Shown: positions 36,723-46,764, counted from the stretch's first letter. The stretch is DNA of 64,000 nucleotides from Flavobacteriales bacterium (GCA_016700415.1 CP065018.1:2389894-2453893); one strand, 5' to 3'. Translations and numbers: made by a program. The notes: a model not told the origin generated them from the sequence alone.

Positions 36723-39176
36723 CTACTCCCAGTTCGGTGCCTCGTGCCGCTCCTCGTAGATGTTGGTGTGGGAGCCCTTCTTCCCGAAGCAGTCCAGGTC
36801 CAGATCGCCGATGCCGTCCGGCTTCGCGAAATCCCCTTTGCTGATGGTGATCGTGCTGTCGGCGTAGACTTTGTTCATGTAGTAGCCGTAGATCGGCAGG
36901 GCCATGTTGGCCCCTTGGCCTTTGTCGGTCCTGCTGAAACGCACGCTGCGGTCCGCGGCGCCGGTCCACACGCCGGTCACCAGGTCCGGGGTGATGCCGA
37001 TGAACCAGCCGTCGCTGTTGTTCTGGGTGGTACCCGTCTTGCCTGCGGTGGGATACTTGATGTTGGCATATTTCGCCCTGTTGCCCCAGCCCATGCGCAG
37101 CCTCATGCCGGTACCCACGGTCTTTCCCGTGCTGGGGTTGTAGGCACCGTCCACTACTCCCTTGAGCATTTCCAGCATGATATAGGAGGTCCGTGGATCA
37201 AGCGCCTCCTCAGTCTTCGGGGTCATGTCGAAGATGGTGTTCCCGCTCTTGTCCTCGATGCGCGTGAAGACCACCGGCCTGATATACACGCCGTCGTTGG
37301 CGAAGGTGGAGAACGCGCCGACCATCTCCTCCAGCGTGAGGTCCGCCACGCCCAAGCATAACGATGGCACGGGATCCATCGGGCTCTTCACGCCCATGTG
37401 GCGTGCCAGTGTGATCACCGATTGCGGACCGTATTGCTTCATCAGCCAGGCCGTGATGGTGTTCATGGAATTGGCCAAGGCATACTTGATGGTGACCATG
37501 CCACCGTATTCATTATCGCTGTTCTGCGGGCACCAGTCCGGCTGCCCTGCGGGCATGTCGAAGCAGGTCTTTTGGTTCGGCAATTCCAGGCAGGGTTTCA
37601 ACCCGTCCCGGATGGCAGTGGCATAGACGAAGGGCTTGAAGGTGGAACCCACCTGCCGTCGCGCTTGTGCCACATGGTCGAACTGGAAGTGCTTGTAGTC
37701 GATGCCGCCCACCCAGGCCTTCACGAAGCCGGTGTGCGGGTCCATGCTCAGCAAGCCGCTCTGGAGGAAGCTTTTGTAGTATCGGATGCTGTCGTTCGGG
37801 GACATGACCGTGTCCACTTCGCCGTGCCAGCTGAACACGGTCATGTGCGTGGGGGTCTCGAATTGCTTCTCGATGGCCTTTTCATCCAGCACCGGCCACC
37901 AGGTGTCGCACCCGCCCTTGTCCGGGTCGCAATGGAACATGGACTTCCCGTCATGCACCCGCTTCACGATGTAAGCTGCGGGCCGCTGGCAGTTGGGGCA
38001 TTGTTTCCCAACATCGGTGCGGTACCTGTCACTGCGTTTGCGGGCGGTGTTCATGATGCCCTCCACTTCCTCTTTGCTCACCCGGAAGTCGAAGGGATTG
38101 TTCTTCTTTTTAGCGAGGTCCTTGAAGAACTGCTCCTGCAATTCTGTGGAGAGGTGCTCCCGCAAGCCCCACTCGGCATAGCTCTGCATCCGGCGGTCAA
38201 TGGTGGTGTAGATCTTAAGGCCGTCGGTATAGATGTCATACGCGGAACCGTCCGGCTTGGCCAGTCGGAGCTTCCCGGTCTCCGGGTCCTTCTCGCTGAA
38301 CATTTTCTGAAGTTCGCCGCGTAAGGTTTCCCTCAGGTACGGCGCGGGGCCTTCGGTATGGTCGATCCGCTGGAAGTCAAGCCCGAGCGGCAGCACTTTC
38401 AACGAGTCGTATTGCTGCTTGTTCAGGGATCCGTTTTTCACCATTTGCGCCAGCACCACCATGCGGCGGGTGATGGTGGTGTCGGGCCGGCGGAGCGGGT
38501 TGAAGAGCGCCGGGTTCTTGCACATGCCGACCAGCATGGCGGCCTGTTCGATGCGCAGGGAATCCGGCGTGGTGTTGAAATAGACACGGGCCGCGGAATT
38601 GATGCCCACCGCCTGATTGATCCAATCGAAACGATTGAGGTACATGGCGATGATCTCGTCCTTGGTGTACTCGCGCTCGAGCCGTGCCGAGATGATCCAC
38701 TCCTGGAATTTTTGGAAGATGCGGCCCACGATGTCCCGCCGGACATCGTGGAAGAGCATCTTGGCCAACTGCTGGGTGATGGTGCTGGCCCCGCCGCGTT
38801 TGCCGAGGAAGATCGCCGCGCGTGCCGTTCCGCGCACATCGATGCCGCTGTGGTCCCGGAAACGTTCATCCTCGGTGGCCAACAAGGCCTGCACCACGTA
38901 TGGGTTGATGTGCGCATAGTCCACCGGGATGCGGTTCTCCCTGTAGTACTGCCCCATGATGGAGCCATCGCTGAAGAGCACCGCCGTGGCCAGGTCGCTC
39001 CGGGGATTTTGTAGTTCCGTGGTACTGGGCAGGCCCTTACTTCCCGACGCGACCAACAGTATCACGAGCAGACCAAGCACGGGCCCGAGCACCACCGTCC
39101 ACCACAAGGCATACCATCGCCCACCGGTCTTAGCTTGCTTCTTTCCCTTGGTAGCCATGGTCCTTTTTCCGTTCAA
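36723..39176 (-). CDS. mrcA: penicillin-binding protein 1A (bifunctional transglycosylase/transpeptidase)
   Basis: 817 aa with an N-terminal membrane anchor, GT51 motifs (…ATEDERFRDHSGID…) and transpeptidase SxxK (STFKPF), SxN and KTG(T) (KTGTT) motifs. It shares a 4-nt overlap with gldH. Confidence 0.9.
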   Translation of the reverse strand: MNGKRTMATKGKKQAKTGGRWYALWWTVVLGPVLGLLVILLVASGSKGLPSTTELQNPRSDLATAVLFSDGSIMGQYYRENRIPVDYAHINPYVVQALLATEDERFRDHSGIDVRGTARAAIFLGKRGGASTITQQLAKMLFHDVRRDIVGRIFQKFQEWIISARLEREYTKDEIIAMYLNRFDWINQAVGINSAARVYFNTTPDSLRIEQAAMLVGMCKNPALFNPLRRPDTTITRRMVVLAQMVKNGSLNKQQYDSLKVLPLGLDFQRIDHTEGPAPYLRETLRGELQKMFSEKDPETGKLRLAKPDGSAYDIYTDGLKIYTTIDRRMQSYAEWGLREHLSTELQEQFFKDLAKKKNNPFDFRVSKEEVEGIMNTARKRSDRYRTDVGKQCPNCQRPAAYIVKRVHDGKSMFHCDPDKGGCDTWWPVLDEKAIEKQFETPTHMTVFSWHGEVDTVMSPNDSIRYYKSFLQSGLLSMDPHTGFVKAWVGGIDYKHFQFDHVAQARRQVGSTFKPFVYATAIRDGLKPCLELPNQKTCFDMPAGQPDWCPQNSDNEYGGMVTIKYALANSMNTITAWLMKQYGPQSVITLARHMGVKSPMDPVPSLCLGVADLTLEEMVGAFSTFANDGVYIRPVVFTRIEDKSGNTIFDMTPKTEEALDPRTSYIMLEMLKGVVDGAYNPSTGKTVGTGMRLRMGWGNRAKYANIKYPTAGKTGTTQNNSDGWFIGITPDLVTGVWTGAADRSVRFSRTDKGQGANMALPIYGYYMNKVYADSTITISKGDFAKPDGIGDLDLDCFGKKGSHTNIYEERHEAPNWE

Positions 39177-39658
39177 CGGCGCTTCCGGGCTTCCTCCACG
39201 CTCACGCCCACGTCGATCACCCCTTGCAGGTCATCGGTACGCATGGCCTGTTCCAGCGTGAACACATAACGGCCGGAGCGGGGAAATCTGTTGTTCATCC
39301 GGTAGAGGATGTGCGCTTGGAAGCGGTCGCTGAAGATGAAGCCGGTGCCTTTCCCGTACCAACGGCCCGTGGGATCGGCGAGCGTGCATTCCACGGTGTC
39401 CGTGAAGGAATGACCTCCGGGGCCTTGCAGCGTAGTGAAGATGTAGATGTTGCTGAACCGGTAATCACCGGTATGGCGGATATCCAGATAAATGTCGCGT
39501 TGCGCAAGGGTGTCGGTGATGTCGAAAGCGAACTGTGGTTTCCAAGACCGCGACCAGGAGCCTCCCGGCACCTCGGCGACCTCCTGGAACACCACATGCT
39601 CAGTGCAGCCGACCATTAACAGGCCGACCATAAGGGTGGTCAGTGCAATGGGCTTCAC
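39173..39658 (-). CDS. gldH: gliding motility lipoprotein GldH
   Basis: 161-aa lipoprotein (LMVGCTEH). Its size, sequence character and position in the conserved holB–PSP1–gldH–ponA arrangement of Bacteroidota support the call. Confidence 0.7.
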   Translation of the reverse strand: MKPIALTTLMVGLLMVGCTEHVVFQEVAEVPGGSWSRSWKPQFAFDITDTLAQRDIYLDIRHTGDYRFSNIYIFTTLQGPGGHSFTDTVECTLADPTGRWYGKGTGFIFSDRFQAHILYRMNNRFPRSGRYVFTLEQAMRTDDLQGVIDVGVSVEEARKRR

Positions 39659-41079
39659 GTGTTGTTGGGCTTGGGGCCTCCACCGCCTTGCGGCGGTCCG
39701 TTGGGCCGGGGACCTTTCCTTCTACGCCCCCGGGCATCGCGGCTCCGGCGTTCACCGGCGGGACGCTCACCACCTGATGCGGATTTTGCGCCTTCAGGGC
39801 GTGGTGCTTGTTTGGCGGACCGTTCACCGGCTGGGCCGCCCTCGCGCTTCCGGCCATCCCGGCGGGGCTGTTGGCCTTGACCGCCTTCCCCGGGACCCCG
39901 GTTTCCGGACGCCTTCCGCTTCTTGCCGTCGCGGCCACGGTTCCGACCACCGGTCTTGATCTTCTTGTCGAAGCGGGAAAGATCCTCCGCACCGTCGATC
40001 ACATTCTCATAGTCCGTGCTCTTGTCCTCCACCTTTGCTTTAGGGCGCTCCTCGGCCATGTGCAGGTCCACCTCGGGCTCGATGCCTTCCTTGTTCTGCG
40101 CCAGGATCTCCCGCACGGTCTCCACCGGGAATCCCGCCATCGCCGTCGGCTCCCCGGGTTTCTTGAAGATGTACCACATCTGTTCCCCGAAGATGTCCGT
40201 TTTGATGTGCATGCCCGTGCCATGCTTGGTCTTCAGCTTGGCATTGGCCGAGGGATAGCTCTTGATGGCCTCGATGTACATGTCCAGCTCGTAGTTCAAG
40301 CAGCACTTCAGCTTGCCGCATTGGCCCGCGAGCTTCTGGGGATTGAGCGCCAGTTGCTGGTAACGCGCGGCGCTGGTGGTAACGCTGCGTAGATCGGTAA
40401 GCCAGGTGCTGCAGCACAGTTCGCGGCCGCAACTTCCGATGCCGCCTACGCGCCCGGCCTCCTGACGGGCGCCGATCTGCTTCATGTCCACGCGCACGTG
40501 GAACTGGTCCGCCAGCTTCCTCAGCAGGTCTCTGAAATCAATACGCTGTTCGGAGGTGTAGAAGAAGGTGGCGCGGGTGCCGTCGCCTTGGTATTCCACG
40601 TCGCTCACCTTCATGTCGAGGCGGGCGTCCTTGCAGATCCGGCGGGCCTCCACCAGTGTTTCGTCCTCGCGCTTGCGTGCAGCGTGCCAAGTGTCGATAT
40701 CGTCCTGTGAACTCTTGCGGACCACTTTGCGGAGCTCGTAGGTGTCGGTGCTGCCGCCTTTGCGTTGCATCTGTGCGCGGACCAGTTCACCGGCAAGGCT
40801 CACCATGCCCACGTCATGCCCGGAACTGGCCTCCACGGTCACTAGATCGCCCGGCATCAATGAAAGTCCGCCGGATGACGGATTCCGGTAGAAGGATTTC
40901 CGTGTGCTCTTGAAGCGCACCTCCACCGCGTCGAACGGCGTTTGACCGCCAGGCAGGGGCACGCCCGCGAGCCAATCGAAGACATCGAGCTTATTGCAGC
41001 CGCTGCTACTGCAAAAGCCATTGCTCTTGCATCCGGCGGGCTTGCCGTCGGCACCATTTGCGCAACTTGTACAGGACAT
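39655..41079 (-). CDS. PSP1 domain protein with long Arg/Gly-rich basic C-terminal tail
   Basis: Start MSCTSCANGADGK…. The PSP1 C-terminal-domain core (…VRFKSTRKSFYRNPSS…CGRELCCSTWLTD…GKLKCCLNYE…) is followed by a ~110-aa low-complexity RG/KR-rich tail. Confidence 0.8.
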   Translation of the reverse strand: MSCTSCANGADGKPAGCKSNGFCSSSGCNKLDVFDWLAGVPLPGGQTPFDAVEVRFKSTRKSFYRNPSSGGLSLMPGDLVTVEASSGHDVGMVSLAGELVRAQMQRKGGSTDTYELRKVVRKSSQDDIDTWHAARKREDETLVEARRICKDARLDMKVSDVEYQGDGTRATFFYTSEQRIDFRDLLRKLADQFHVRVDMKQIGARQEAGRVGGIGSCGRELCCSTWLTDLRSVTTSAARYQQLALNPQKLAGQCGKLKCCLNYELDMYIEAIKSYPSANAKLKTKHGTGMHIKTDIFGEQMWYIFKKPGEPTAMAGFPVETVREILAQNKEGIEPEVDLHMAEERPKAKVEDKSTDYENVIDGAEDLSRFDKKIKTGGRNRGRDGKKRKASGNRGPGEGGQGQQPRRDGRKREGGPAGERSAKQAPRPEGAKSASGGERPAGERRSRDARGRRRKGPRPNGPPQGGGGPKPNNT

Positions 41080-41318
41080 AAGGCGCGAAGATAACTGGAG
41101 CGGGGTCAGTGTGCAGCGGGCAGTTGGCAGATGCCGTCGGCAGCAGCAGTCGCCAGTGGCAGCGCTGATCAGCAGTAACCTTTCACCGATCACCCAACAG
41201 CATTCTCTGCGCCCTCGCCTGGGCGAAGCCGCTGCCTACTTCGCCGAAGTGGCTACGAAGGCCGAGTCGGCGGAGCACGGTCCGCGCCTCTGCGACCCAT
41301 CACCGATCACTTTGTGCC

Positions 41319-42449
41319 TCACGCCACCGGCTCCTTCTGCCGCAGCAGGGTGCCCAAACTGTAGCTCAGGTCCAGGAAAAGCACTTTGGGGTTGGCGTTC
41401 CGCTCCAAGTGGCCATGGGCTGTTTCCAGTTCGCGGCGGATGCCGTCGGCATTGTGGACGTTAAGCAAGGCACTGAATTTCTTCACGAACTCCATCTCCT
41501 GCCCGAAGGCGGCGATCAGCTGCGGCACATCCTGCCATTGCAGCATGCACTGGCGGATCAGATAGAGCGCGTAGGTCATGAAGCCCTTTTGCTTTTCCCG
41601 GCCCATCTTGGCGAAGTAGTCGGCGTAATAGACGTTCTCGGCCATGTTGTTGGAATAACAAGCGCGGAGCCAATCGCGGAAGACAACGAAGATCTCCTCC
41701 TCCTCTCCTTCGGCCATGGCAAAGGCCTCCAACAGGTCGCCCTCGCTGCGCGCCGCAATACCGCGTGCATCCGCCGGGGTGATCTCCGGATAGCGTTCCA
41801 GGATCGCTGCGACCACCTCACCGGGGTCCGGCGCCGCCACTTTCACCAGTTGCGTGCGGCTGAGGATGGTGGGCAGGATCCGGTCGTTGGCATGGCCGGC
41901 CAGCAGGAAGACCGTCTTCGGCTCCGGCTCCTCCAGCACTTTCAAGATCTTGTTCGCCATCGGGGCGTCCATCATCTCCGAAAGCCAGATCAGCATCACT
42001 TTCCATCCACCCATATAGGACTTCAGGCTGAGCTTCCGCACCACCTCCGCTGCGATGTCCACCCCCATCCGGAGCTGCTTGTTCTCCCCCTTCAGCACTT
42101 CGCGCCACACATCGGCATCGAGGTAGGGGTCTTTCAAGACCGCATCGCGCCATTCACCCGCGAAGGGTTCGCAGGTCTTTCCCTTGTCCGACAGGAAGAT
42201 CGGGAACACCAGGTTGAGGTCCGGGTGCGCGACCTTCTCCATCATCTTGCAGGAGTTGCATTGACCGCAACTGTCACCCGCGCCGGGGTCTTCGCAGAAG
42301 AGATAGGTGGCATAGGCCAGCACCAAGGGAAGCACCCCACTGCCGCGCGGACCAAGGTAGAACTGCGCATGCGCCACACGGCCCTCGCGGATGTTGCCAA
42401 TGAGCCTCGCCTTCAGCTCGGCATGCCCGATGATCTTGTTGAACTGCAC
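41319..42449 (-). CDS. holB: DNA polymerase III subunit delta'
   Basis: 376 aa with an AAA+ clamp-loader fold (…HAQFYLGPRGSG… Walker A-like; Zn-module CGQCNSC). Confidence 0.85.
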   Translation of the reverse strand: MQFNKIIGHAELKARLIGNIREGRVAHAQFYLGPRGSGVLPLVLAYATYLFCEDPGAGDSCGQCNSCKMMEKVAHPDLNLVFPIFLSDKGKTCEPFAGEWRDAVLKDPYLDADVWREVLKGENKQLRMGVDIAAEVVRKLSLKSYMGGWKVMLIWLSEMMDAPMANKILKVLEEPEPKTVFLLAGHANDRILPTILSRTQLVKVAAPDPGEVVAAILERYPEITPADARGIAARSEGDLLEAFAMAEGEEEEIFVVFRDWLRACYSNNMAENVYYADYFAKMGREKQKGFMTYALYLIRQCMLQWQDVPQLIAAFGQEMEFVKKFSALLNVHNADGIRRELETAHGHLERNANPKVLFLDLSYSLGTLLRQKEPVA

Positions 42450-42605
42450 GATGCAAATTTACGCCGGGATGGAAAGAAGAGCACCGCAGGTATCGTTGGA
42501 AGGGATCCGCAGTGAACGCAGATAGACGCAGATAAATACAGGATCCACTTCTGTGCCCGATAGGCGTAAATGCTCGCTTCAAAGCCCCGGCAAAAGGCAT
42601 TTCTC

Positions 42606-42642
42606 TTCGTTGCGCTCGTTGCGCTCGTTGCGTCCGTTGCGG
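42606..42642. repeat. tandem 9-bp repeat array (NNCGTTGCG ×4)
   Basis: ctCGTTGCGctCGTTGCGctCGTTGCGtcCGTTGCG lies in the pgk upstream intergenic region. The same heptamer family occurs around the GxxExxY gene (57148..57173 inverted; 57640..57810). Confidence 0.8.
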
Positions 42643-42728
42643 TTGATCCCGTTTCGGCGGTTAGCATTCATCCTGCTTCGTGTCCTTCGCGTCCTTTGTG
42701 GTAGGGATCTTCCCGGTAATTTCGCGGC

Positions 42729-43919
42729 ATGCAAACCATGGACAGCTTCGATTTCAAAGGCCGCAAGGCTCTCGTTCGCGTGGACCTGAACGTGCCACTG
42801 GACGCGCAGTTCAATGTGACCGACGACAACCGCACCAAGGCCATCGTCCCCACGGTGAAGAAGGTCCTGAAGGAAGGCGGGAGCGTGATATTGATGAGCC
42901 ATCTCGGTCGCCCCAAGGGAAAGGTGATCCCCGACTTGAGCCTGAGGCCCGTGGCCAAGCACCTCGAAGGTCTGCTCGGCGTGCCCGTGCAATTTGCCAC
43001 GGATTGCATTGGTGAGGACGCACAGGCCAAGGCCACTGTGCTGAAGCCCGGCGAAGTGCTCCTGCTGGAAAACCTCCGCTTCCATCCCGAGGAGGAGAAG
43101 GGCGATGAGGCCTTCAGCAAGGCGCTCTCCACGCTCGGCGACGTCTATGTGAACGACGCGTTCGGCACGGCGCACCGCGCACATGCCAGCACCACCATGG
43201 TCGCGAAGTACTTCCCGGACGCCAAGCTCTTCGGCTACCTGATCGCCGGTGAACTCCATAGTCTCGGCCAAGTGCTCAATCAGCCGAAGAAGCCGCTCTG
43301 CGCCATCGTGGGCGGCGCCAAGGTGAGCAGCAAGATCGAGGTGCTACAGAACTTGTTGGACAAGTGCGACGAGGTGATCATCGGCGGTGGCATGGCCTTC
43401 ACCTTCATCAAGGCGCAGGGCGGAAAGGTGGGCGCCTCGCTCGTGGAGGACGACCATGTCGAGACTGCCAAAGCCATTCTCGCGGCCGCGCAGGACAAGG
43501 GAGTCATGATACACCTGCCTACCGATGCTGTCGTGGCGGACGCTTTCGCGGATACGGCCAACACGGACATCTGCCCCGCCAACGCGATCCCGGACGGATG
43601 GATGGGTCTGGACATCGGGCCGGAGTCGATCAAGGTATTCAGTGCCGCAGTGAAGCGCGCCAAGACCATCCTTTGGAACGGACCGATGGGCGTGTTCGAG
43701 ATGCCGAGCTTCCAGAAGGGCACCCGCGCCATCGCGGAGGCCGTGGCCGATGCCACCGCATACGGAGCCTACTCCTTGGTGGGCGGCGGAGACAGTGTGG
43801 CAGCAGTGAACCAGTTCGGCCTCGCCGATAGGATCAGCTACGTGAGCACCGGCGGCGGCGCCATGCTGGAATACCTCGAAGGCAAGGTGCTGCCGGGGAT
43901 CGCGGCGGTGGAGGAGTGA
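42729..43919 (+). CDS. pgk: phosphoglycerate kinase
   Basis: 396 aa of full-length PGK (…RVDLNVPLD…MSHLGRPKG…GGGMAFTF…). Confidence 0.95.
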   Translation: MQTMDSFDFKGRKALVRVDLNVPLDAQFNVTDDNRTKAIVPTVKKVLKEGGSVILMSHLGRPKGKVIPDLSLRPVAKHLEGLLGVPVQFATDCIGEDAQAKATVLKPGEVLLLENLRFHPEEEKGDEAFSKALSTLGDVYVNDAFGTAHRAHASTTMVAKYFPDAKLFGYLIAGELHSLGQVLNQPKKPLCAIVGGAKVSSKIEVLQNLLDKCDEVIIGGGMAFTFIKAQGGKVGASLVEDDHVETAKAILAAAQDKGVMIHLPTDAVVADAFADTANTDICPANAIPDGWMGLDIGPESIKVFSAAVKRAKTILWNGPMGVFEMPSFQKGTRAIAEAVADATAYGAYSLVGGGDSVAAVNQFGLADRISYVSTGGGAMLEYLEGKVLPGIAAVEE

Positions 43920-44112
43920 GGGAAGTGATTCTTTTCACTCCGGTCATTGTTCCAGTTTTCCAATGCTTTGTGTCGCGGTTCCGGGTGGCAGTTTGAAGAC
44001 TGGCGAATTCTGGGGGGCCTACTGACATGCGGCTGCGTAGGGAGTGGGTTCAGCGCTTATTCGTGAAGTCTTCGGACTTCACCTGATGCGGACCGGATAC
44101 ACTGGTCCACGC

Positions 44113-45357
44113 TCACACCGCCTCCAACGCCTGCCCGAGGTCCCAGATCAGATCTTCCGGATGTTCCACGCCCACGCTGAGGCGCACCAGTCCGCCGGTG
44201 ATGCCGAGCTTTTCGCGTTCCACCGGGTCCACGCCCACGTGGGTCATGGTGGCGGGGTGCTCGGCTAAGGATTCCGTGCTGCCTAAGCTCACGGCGAGCT
44301 TCACCAGCTTCAGCGCGTTGAGGAAGCGGAAGGCCTCGGGCTCGCCGCCTTGTACATCGAACGAGAGCATGGCGCCGGCGCTGAAGCACTGGGCATCGTA
44401 GATCGCCTGTTGTTCCGGGCTGTCCAGAAAGCCGAGGTAATGGACTTTTTTCACCTTGGGATGGGCCTTCAGAAAGGCGGCCACCTGCGCGGCGTTGCGG
44501 GCCTGCGTTTCCATGCGCGGTTTCAGTGTCTCCAAACTCCGCAACAGTAGCCAACCTGTCCATGGGCCGGCCATGCAACCTAGGAAGCTCCGCAGGCCTT
44601 TCACGCGGGCGATCAGTTCGTTGCTGCCTAAGCAAGCCCCGGCGATCACGTCGCTATGGCCGCCGATGTACTTGGTGGCCGAGTAGAGCACCAGGTCCGC
44701 GCCCTGCTTCATGGGGTGCTGCCATAGCGGCCCCATGTAAGTGTTGTCCACTGCCAGCAACACCTGCTTTTCAGCGGTGCTGAAGGTCTTCGCCACGCGA
44801 CTGCATGCCGTGATGTCGATCTGGATATTGGTGGGATTGGCGGGGGTTTCCACGTACACCATCTTCAGGCGGTCACCCTTGCCGCTCTTGCGCATGATCT
44901 CCTCCAAGCGGTCCTGCTCCCACGGGTAGAAACCGATCACCTCGATGCCGAAACGGGTGAGGGTCTGCTTGATGAAGTGGTCCGTTCCACCGTAGATCGG
45001 GTTGCTGTACAGGAGCACATCGCCGGGCGAGAGGAACTCCAGTAACATGGTGGTGATGGCGCTCATGCCGCTCTCGAACACCGCGCAGTCCTCGGCGCTT
45101 TCCCACAGGGAGAGCCGGTCCTCCAAGATCTCCAGGTCGGGATTGTTCAGCCGGCTGTAGATCAGCCCCAGTTCTTCCTTCTCGCCTTGTTCGCGCAGCC
45201 CGTAGGCCACCTCGAAAAAGGCCTTTCCATCCTCGGCCTTTTGAAAGACGAAAGTGCTGGTCTGGAAGATGGGGCATTTGATGGCGCCTTGTGAGAGCTC
45301 GGGCTTGTAGCCATAGCTCATCATCAGGCTCTCGGGGCGGAGTTTGCGTTCGGACAT
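44113..45357 (-). CDS. Cys/Met-metabolism PLP-dependent enzyme (trans-sulfuration family: cystathionine gamma-synthase/lyase-like)
   Basis: 414 aa with the PLP-lysine region YSATKYIGGHSDVIAG. It matches the cystathionine gamma-synthase / methionine gamma-lyase fold family. Confidence 0.85.
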   Translation of the reverse strand: MSERKLRPESLMMSYGYKPELSQGAIKCPIFQTSTFVFQKAEDGKAFFEVAYGLREQGEKEELGLIYSRLNNPDLEILEDRLSLWESAEDCAVFESGMSAITTMLLEFLSPGDVLLYSNPIYGGTDHFIKQTLTRFGIEVIGFYPWEQDRLEEIMRKSGKGDRLKMVYVETPANPTNIQIDITACSRVAKTFSTAEKQVLLAVDNTYMGPLWQHPMKQGADLVLYSATKYIGGHSDVIAGACLGSNELIARVKGLRSFLGCMAGPWTGWLLLRSLETLKPRMETQARNAAQVAAFLKAHPKVKKVHYLGFLDSPEQQAIYDAQCFSAGAMLSFDVQGGEPEAFRFLNALKLVKLAVSLGSTESLAEHPATMTHVGVDPVEREKLGITGGLVRLSVGVEHPEDLIWDLGQALEAV

Positions 45358-45401
45358 GATGCGAAGCTACCGTTTCACCCCGGCAGTTGCGGTGACTAAG
45401 A

Positions 45402-45935
45402 TCACTCCTCGGCAGCCTCTTCCTCCCCGGTCCTTTCCTTCAGCGCCTCGATCGCATCCTGCACCCAACGGGTATCCCCCAAAGCGGGGACGATGAATGG
45501 CGCGAAAGCGCGCAGCGGACGGTAGAGCGCGGAACCCTCAAGCGCGTGCTGTGGCACGATGCCGGAAACCTCCGCCCGCGCCATCAGGATGTTCAGCACC
45601 ACGCTGAGCACGAAGGCCGCCCGCAACGCGCCGAAGAACGTACCCGCCACCTTGTTCGGCAAGCCCAGCATGGCCAGATCCATCGCCTTGGTGAGAACCT
45701 TGGCCAGGAGATGTACCAAGATCAATACGCCGATGAAGGTGACGATGAAGGAGATCACCTCGTGCTGCGCGTCCATGCCCACCCAAGATGCCACATGGGC
45801 GTTGTAGCGGGAAGCCACCCAGATGCCCAGGACCACCGCGACCAGCGAGGCGATCTCCACAATGAAACCCCGGAAGAAACCACGGATCGCGGCAGCAGCC
45901 AGCAGTGCGAGCAAGGTCCAATCCAACCAGTTCAT
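45402..45935 (-). CDS. CvpA-family membrane protein
   Basis: Start MNWLDWTLLALLAAAAIRGFFRGF… with four hydrophobic helices, the typical CvpA pattern. Confidence 0.75.
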   Translation of the reverse strand: MNWLDWTLLALLAAAAIRGFFRGFIVEIASLVAVVLGIWVASRYNAHVASWVGMDAQHEVISFIVTFIGVLILVHLLAKVLTKAMDLAMLGLPNKVAGTFFGALRAAFVLSVVLNILMARAEVSGIVPQHALEGSALYRPLRAFAPFIVPALGDTRWVQDAIEALKERTGEEEAAEE

Positions 45936-46023
45936 GGCAACAAGTGTAACACGCATCGCTGCTCTTGTACCAAGGCTACCTTCGCGGCCCTTCCACGGCG
46001 CTTATCGCAGGGAGCGATATCCT

Positions 46024-46359
46024 ATGTTCGATCTGGCTTTTGACAAGCGTTGGCGCGACCTCCTGAAGAACATGGAGAAGCGTTTCGGCATGCCCGTGGA
46101 CCTCAACGGAGTGCTCTTCCTCATCGGTGTGCAGGAGCTCGGCCAGCATGCGCGAGTGTTCAAGAAGGATGAAAAGGTGAACCTGATGCACATCGCCATC
46201 TCGGTGCTGCTCACGCCCTACGGCTACTACAAGGAGCTTGGCCGCGACGCCGATGGCTGGCCGCATTTCGAGCGCGTGAAGGACCTTCCGGCGCTGGATG
46301 CGAAAGAGCAGGAACGCCTGATGAAGGAGGCGGTCCTCTCCTACTTCGAGGAACACTGA
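46024..46359 (+). CDS. hypothetical protein
   Basis: Internal start MFDLAFDKRWRDLLKNMEKRF… (111 aa). The upstream part of the track ORF overlaps cvpA antisense. Confidence 0.5.
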   Translation: MFDLAFDKRWRDLLKNMEKRFGMPVDLNGVLFLIGVQELGQHARVFKKDEKVNLMHIAISVLLTPYGYYKELGRDADGWPHFERVKDLPALDAKEQERLMKEAVLSYFEEH

Positions 46360-46380
46360 ACGTAAGGGAAGGCGATCGGC

Positions 46381-46764
46381 CTAGTTGCCGCCGGAGATGA
46401 CCACCGTCTCTTCGTTGGTCTGCTCCTCTTCGATGCGGATGATGCCCTCACCGGACATCGAATCCTTCTGCGCCAGGATGTCCAGCACCGCGAATCCGGC
46501 CTGACCACGCTTGTAGAACTCACTATAGTCGAAGGTGACCTTGCCGTCGGAGCTGGTGTTGCCCTCCATGGTGAGACGGGAGAAATCGGCCTGAAGCGGG
46601 TTGGTGGGGTTGGCGTAAAGCTTCACGTAGGCACCGGCAACGGCCGAGCCCGCAGTATCCAGCACGGTGATCGTCGCCTTGGTGTCCTTCTCCTTGTTGC
46701 AAGCGCCAAGGCCGGAACCCAGGATGAGCAAGAGGACGGGAACGATGATGGCCTTACGGAACAT
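46381..46764 (-). CDS. hypothetical lipoprotein
   Basis: 127 aa with a signal peptide and lipobox (LGSGLGACNKEK). Confidence 0.55.
   Translation of the reverse strand: MFRKAIIVPVLLLILGSGLGACNKEKDTKATITVLDTAGSAVAGAYVKLYANPTNPLQADFSRLTMEGNTSSDGKVTFDYSEFYKRGQAGFAVLDILAQKDSMSGEGIIRIEEEQTNEETVVISGGN

Noticed and set aside
36744-38324. ORFs 36744..37361 (+) and 37398..38324 (+)
   Set aside because: They are antisense to the PBP1A gene and judged shadow ORFs.
41409-42515. 368-aa ORF on + strand
   Set aside because: It is antisense to holB, which has clear clamp-loader motifs.
42579-43271. 230-aa ORF on - strand overlapping pgk 5' end and the CGTTGCG repeat
   Set aside because: It is antisense to pgk. 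Its N-terminal part merely translates the repeat array (RNERNERNE…).
44064-44083. GTGAAGTC-TTCG-GACTTCAC hairpin as terminator for the PLP-enzyme gene
   Set aside because: It is a perfect 8-bp stem with a tetraloop, but there is no U-tract on either side. It is not confidently a terminator and is left uncalled.
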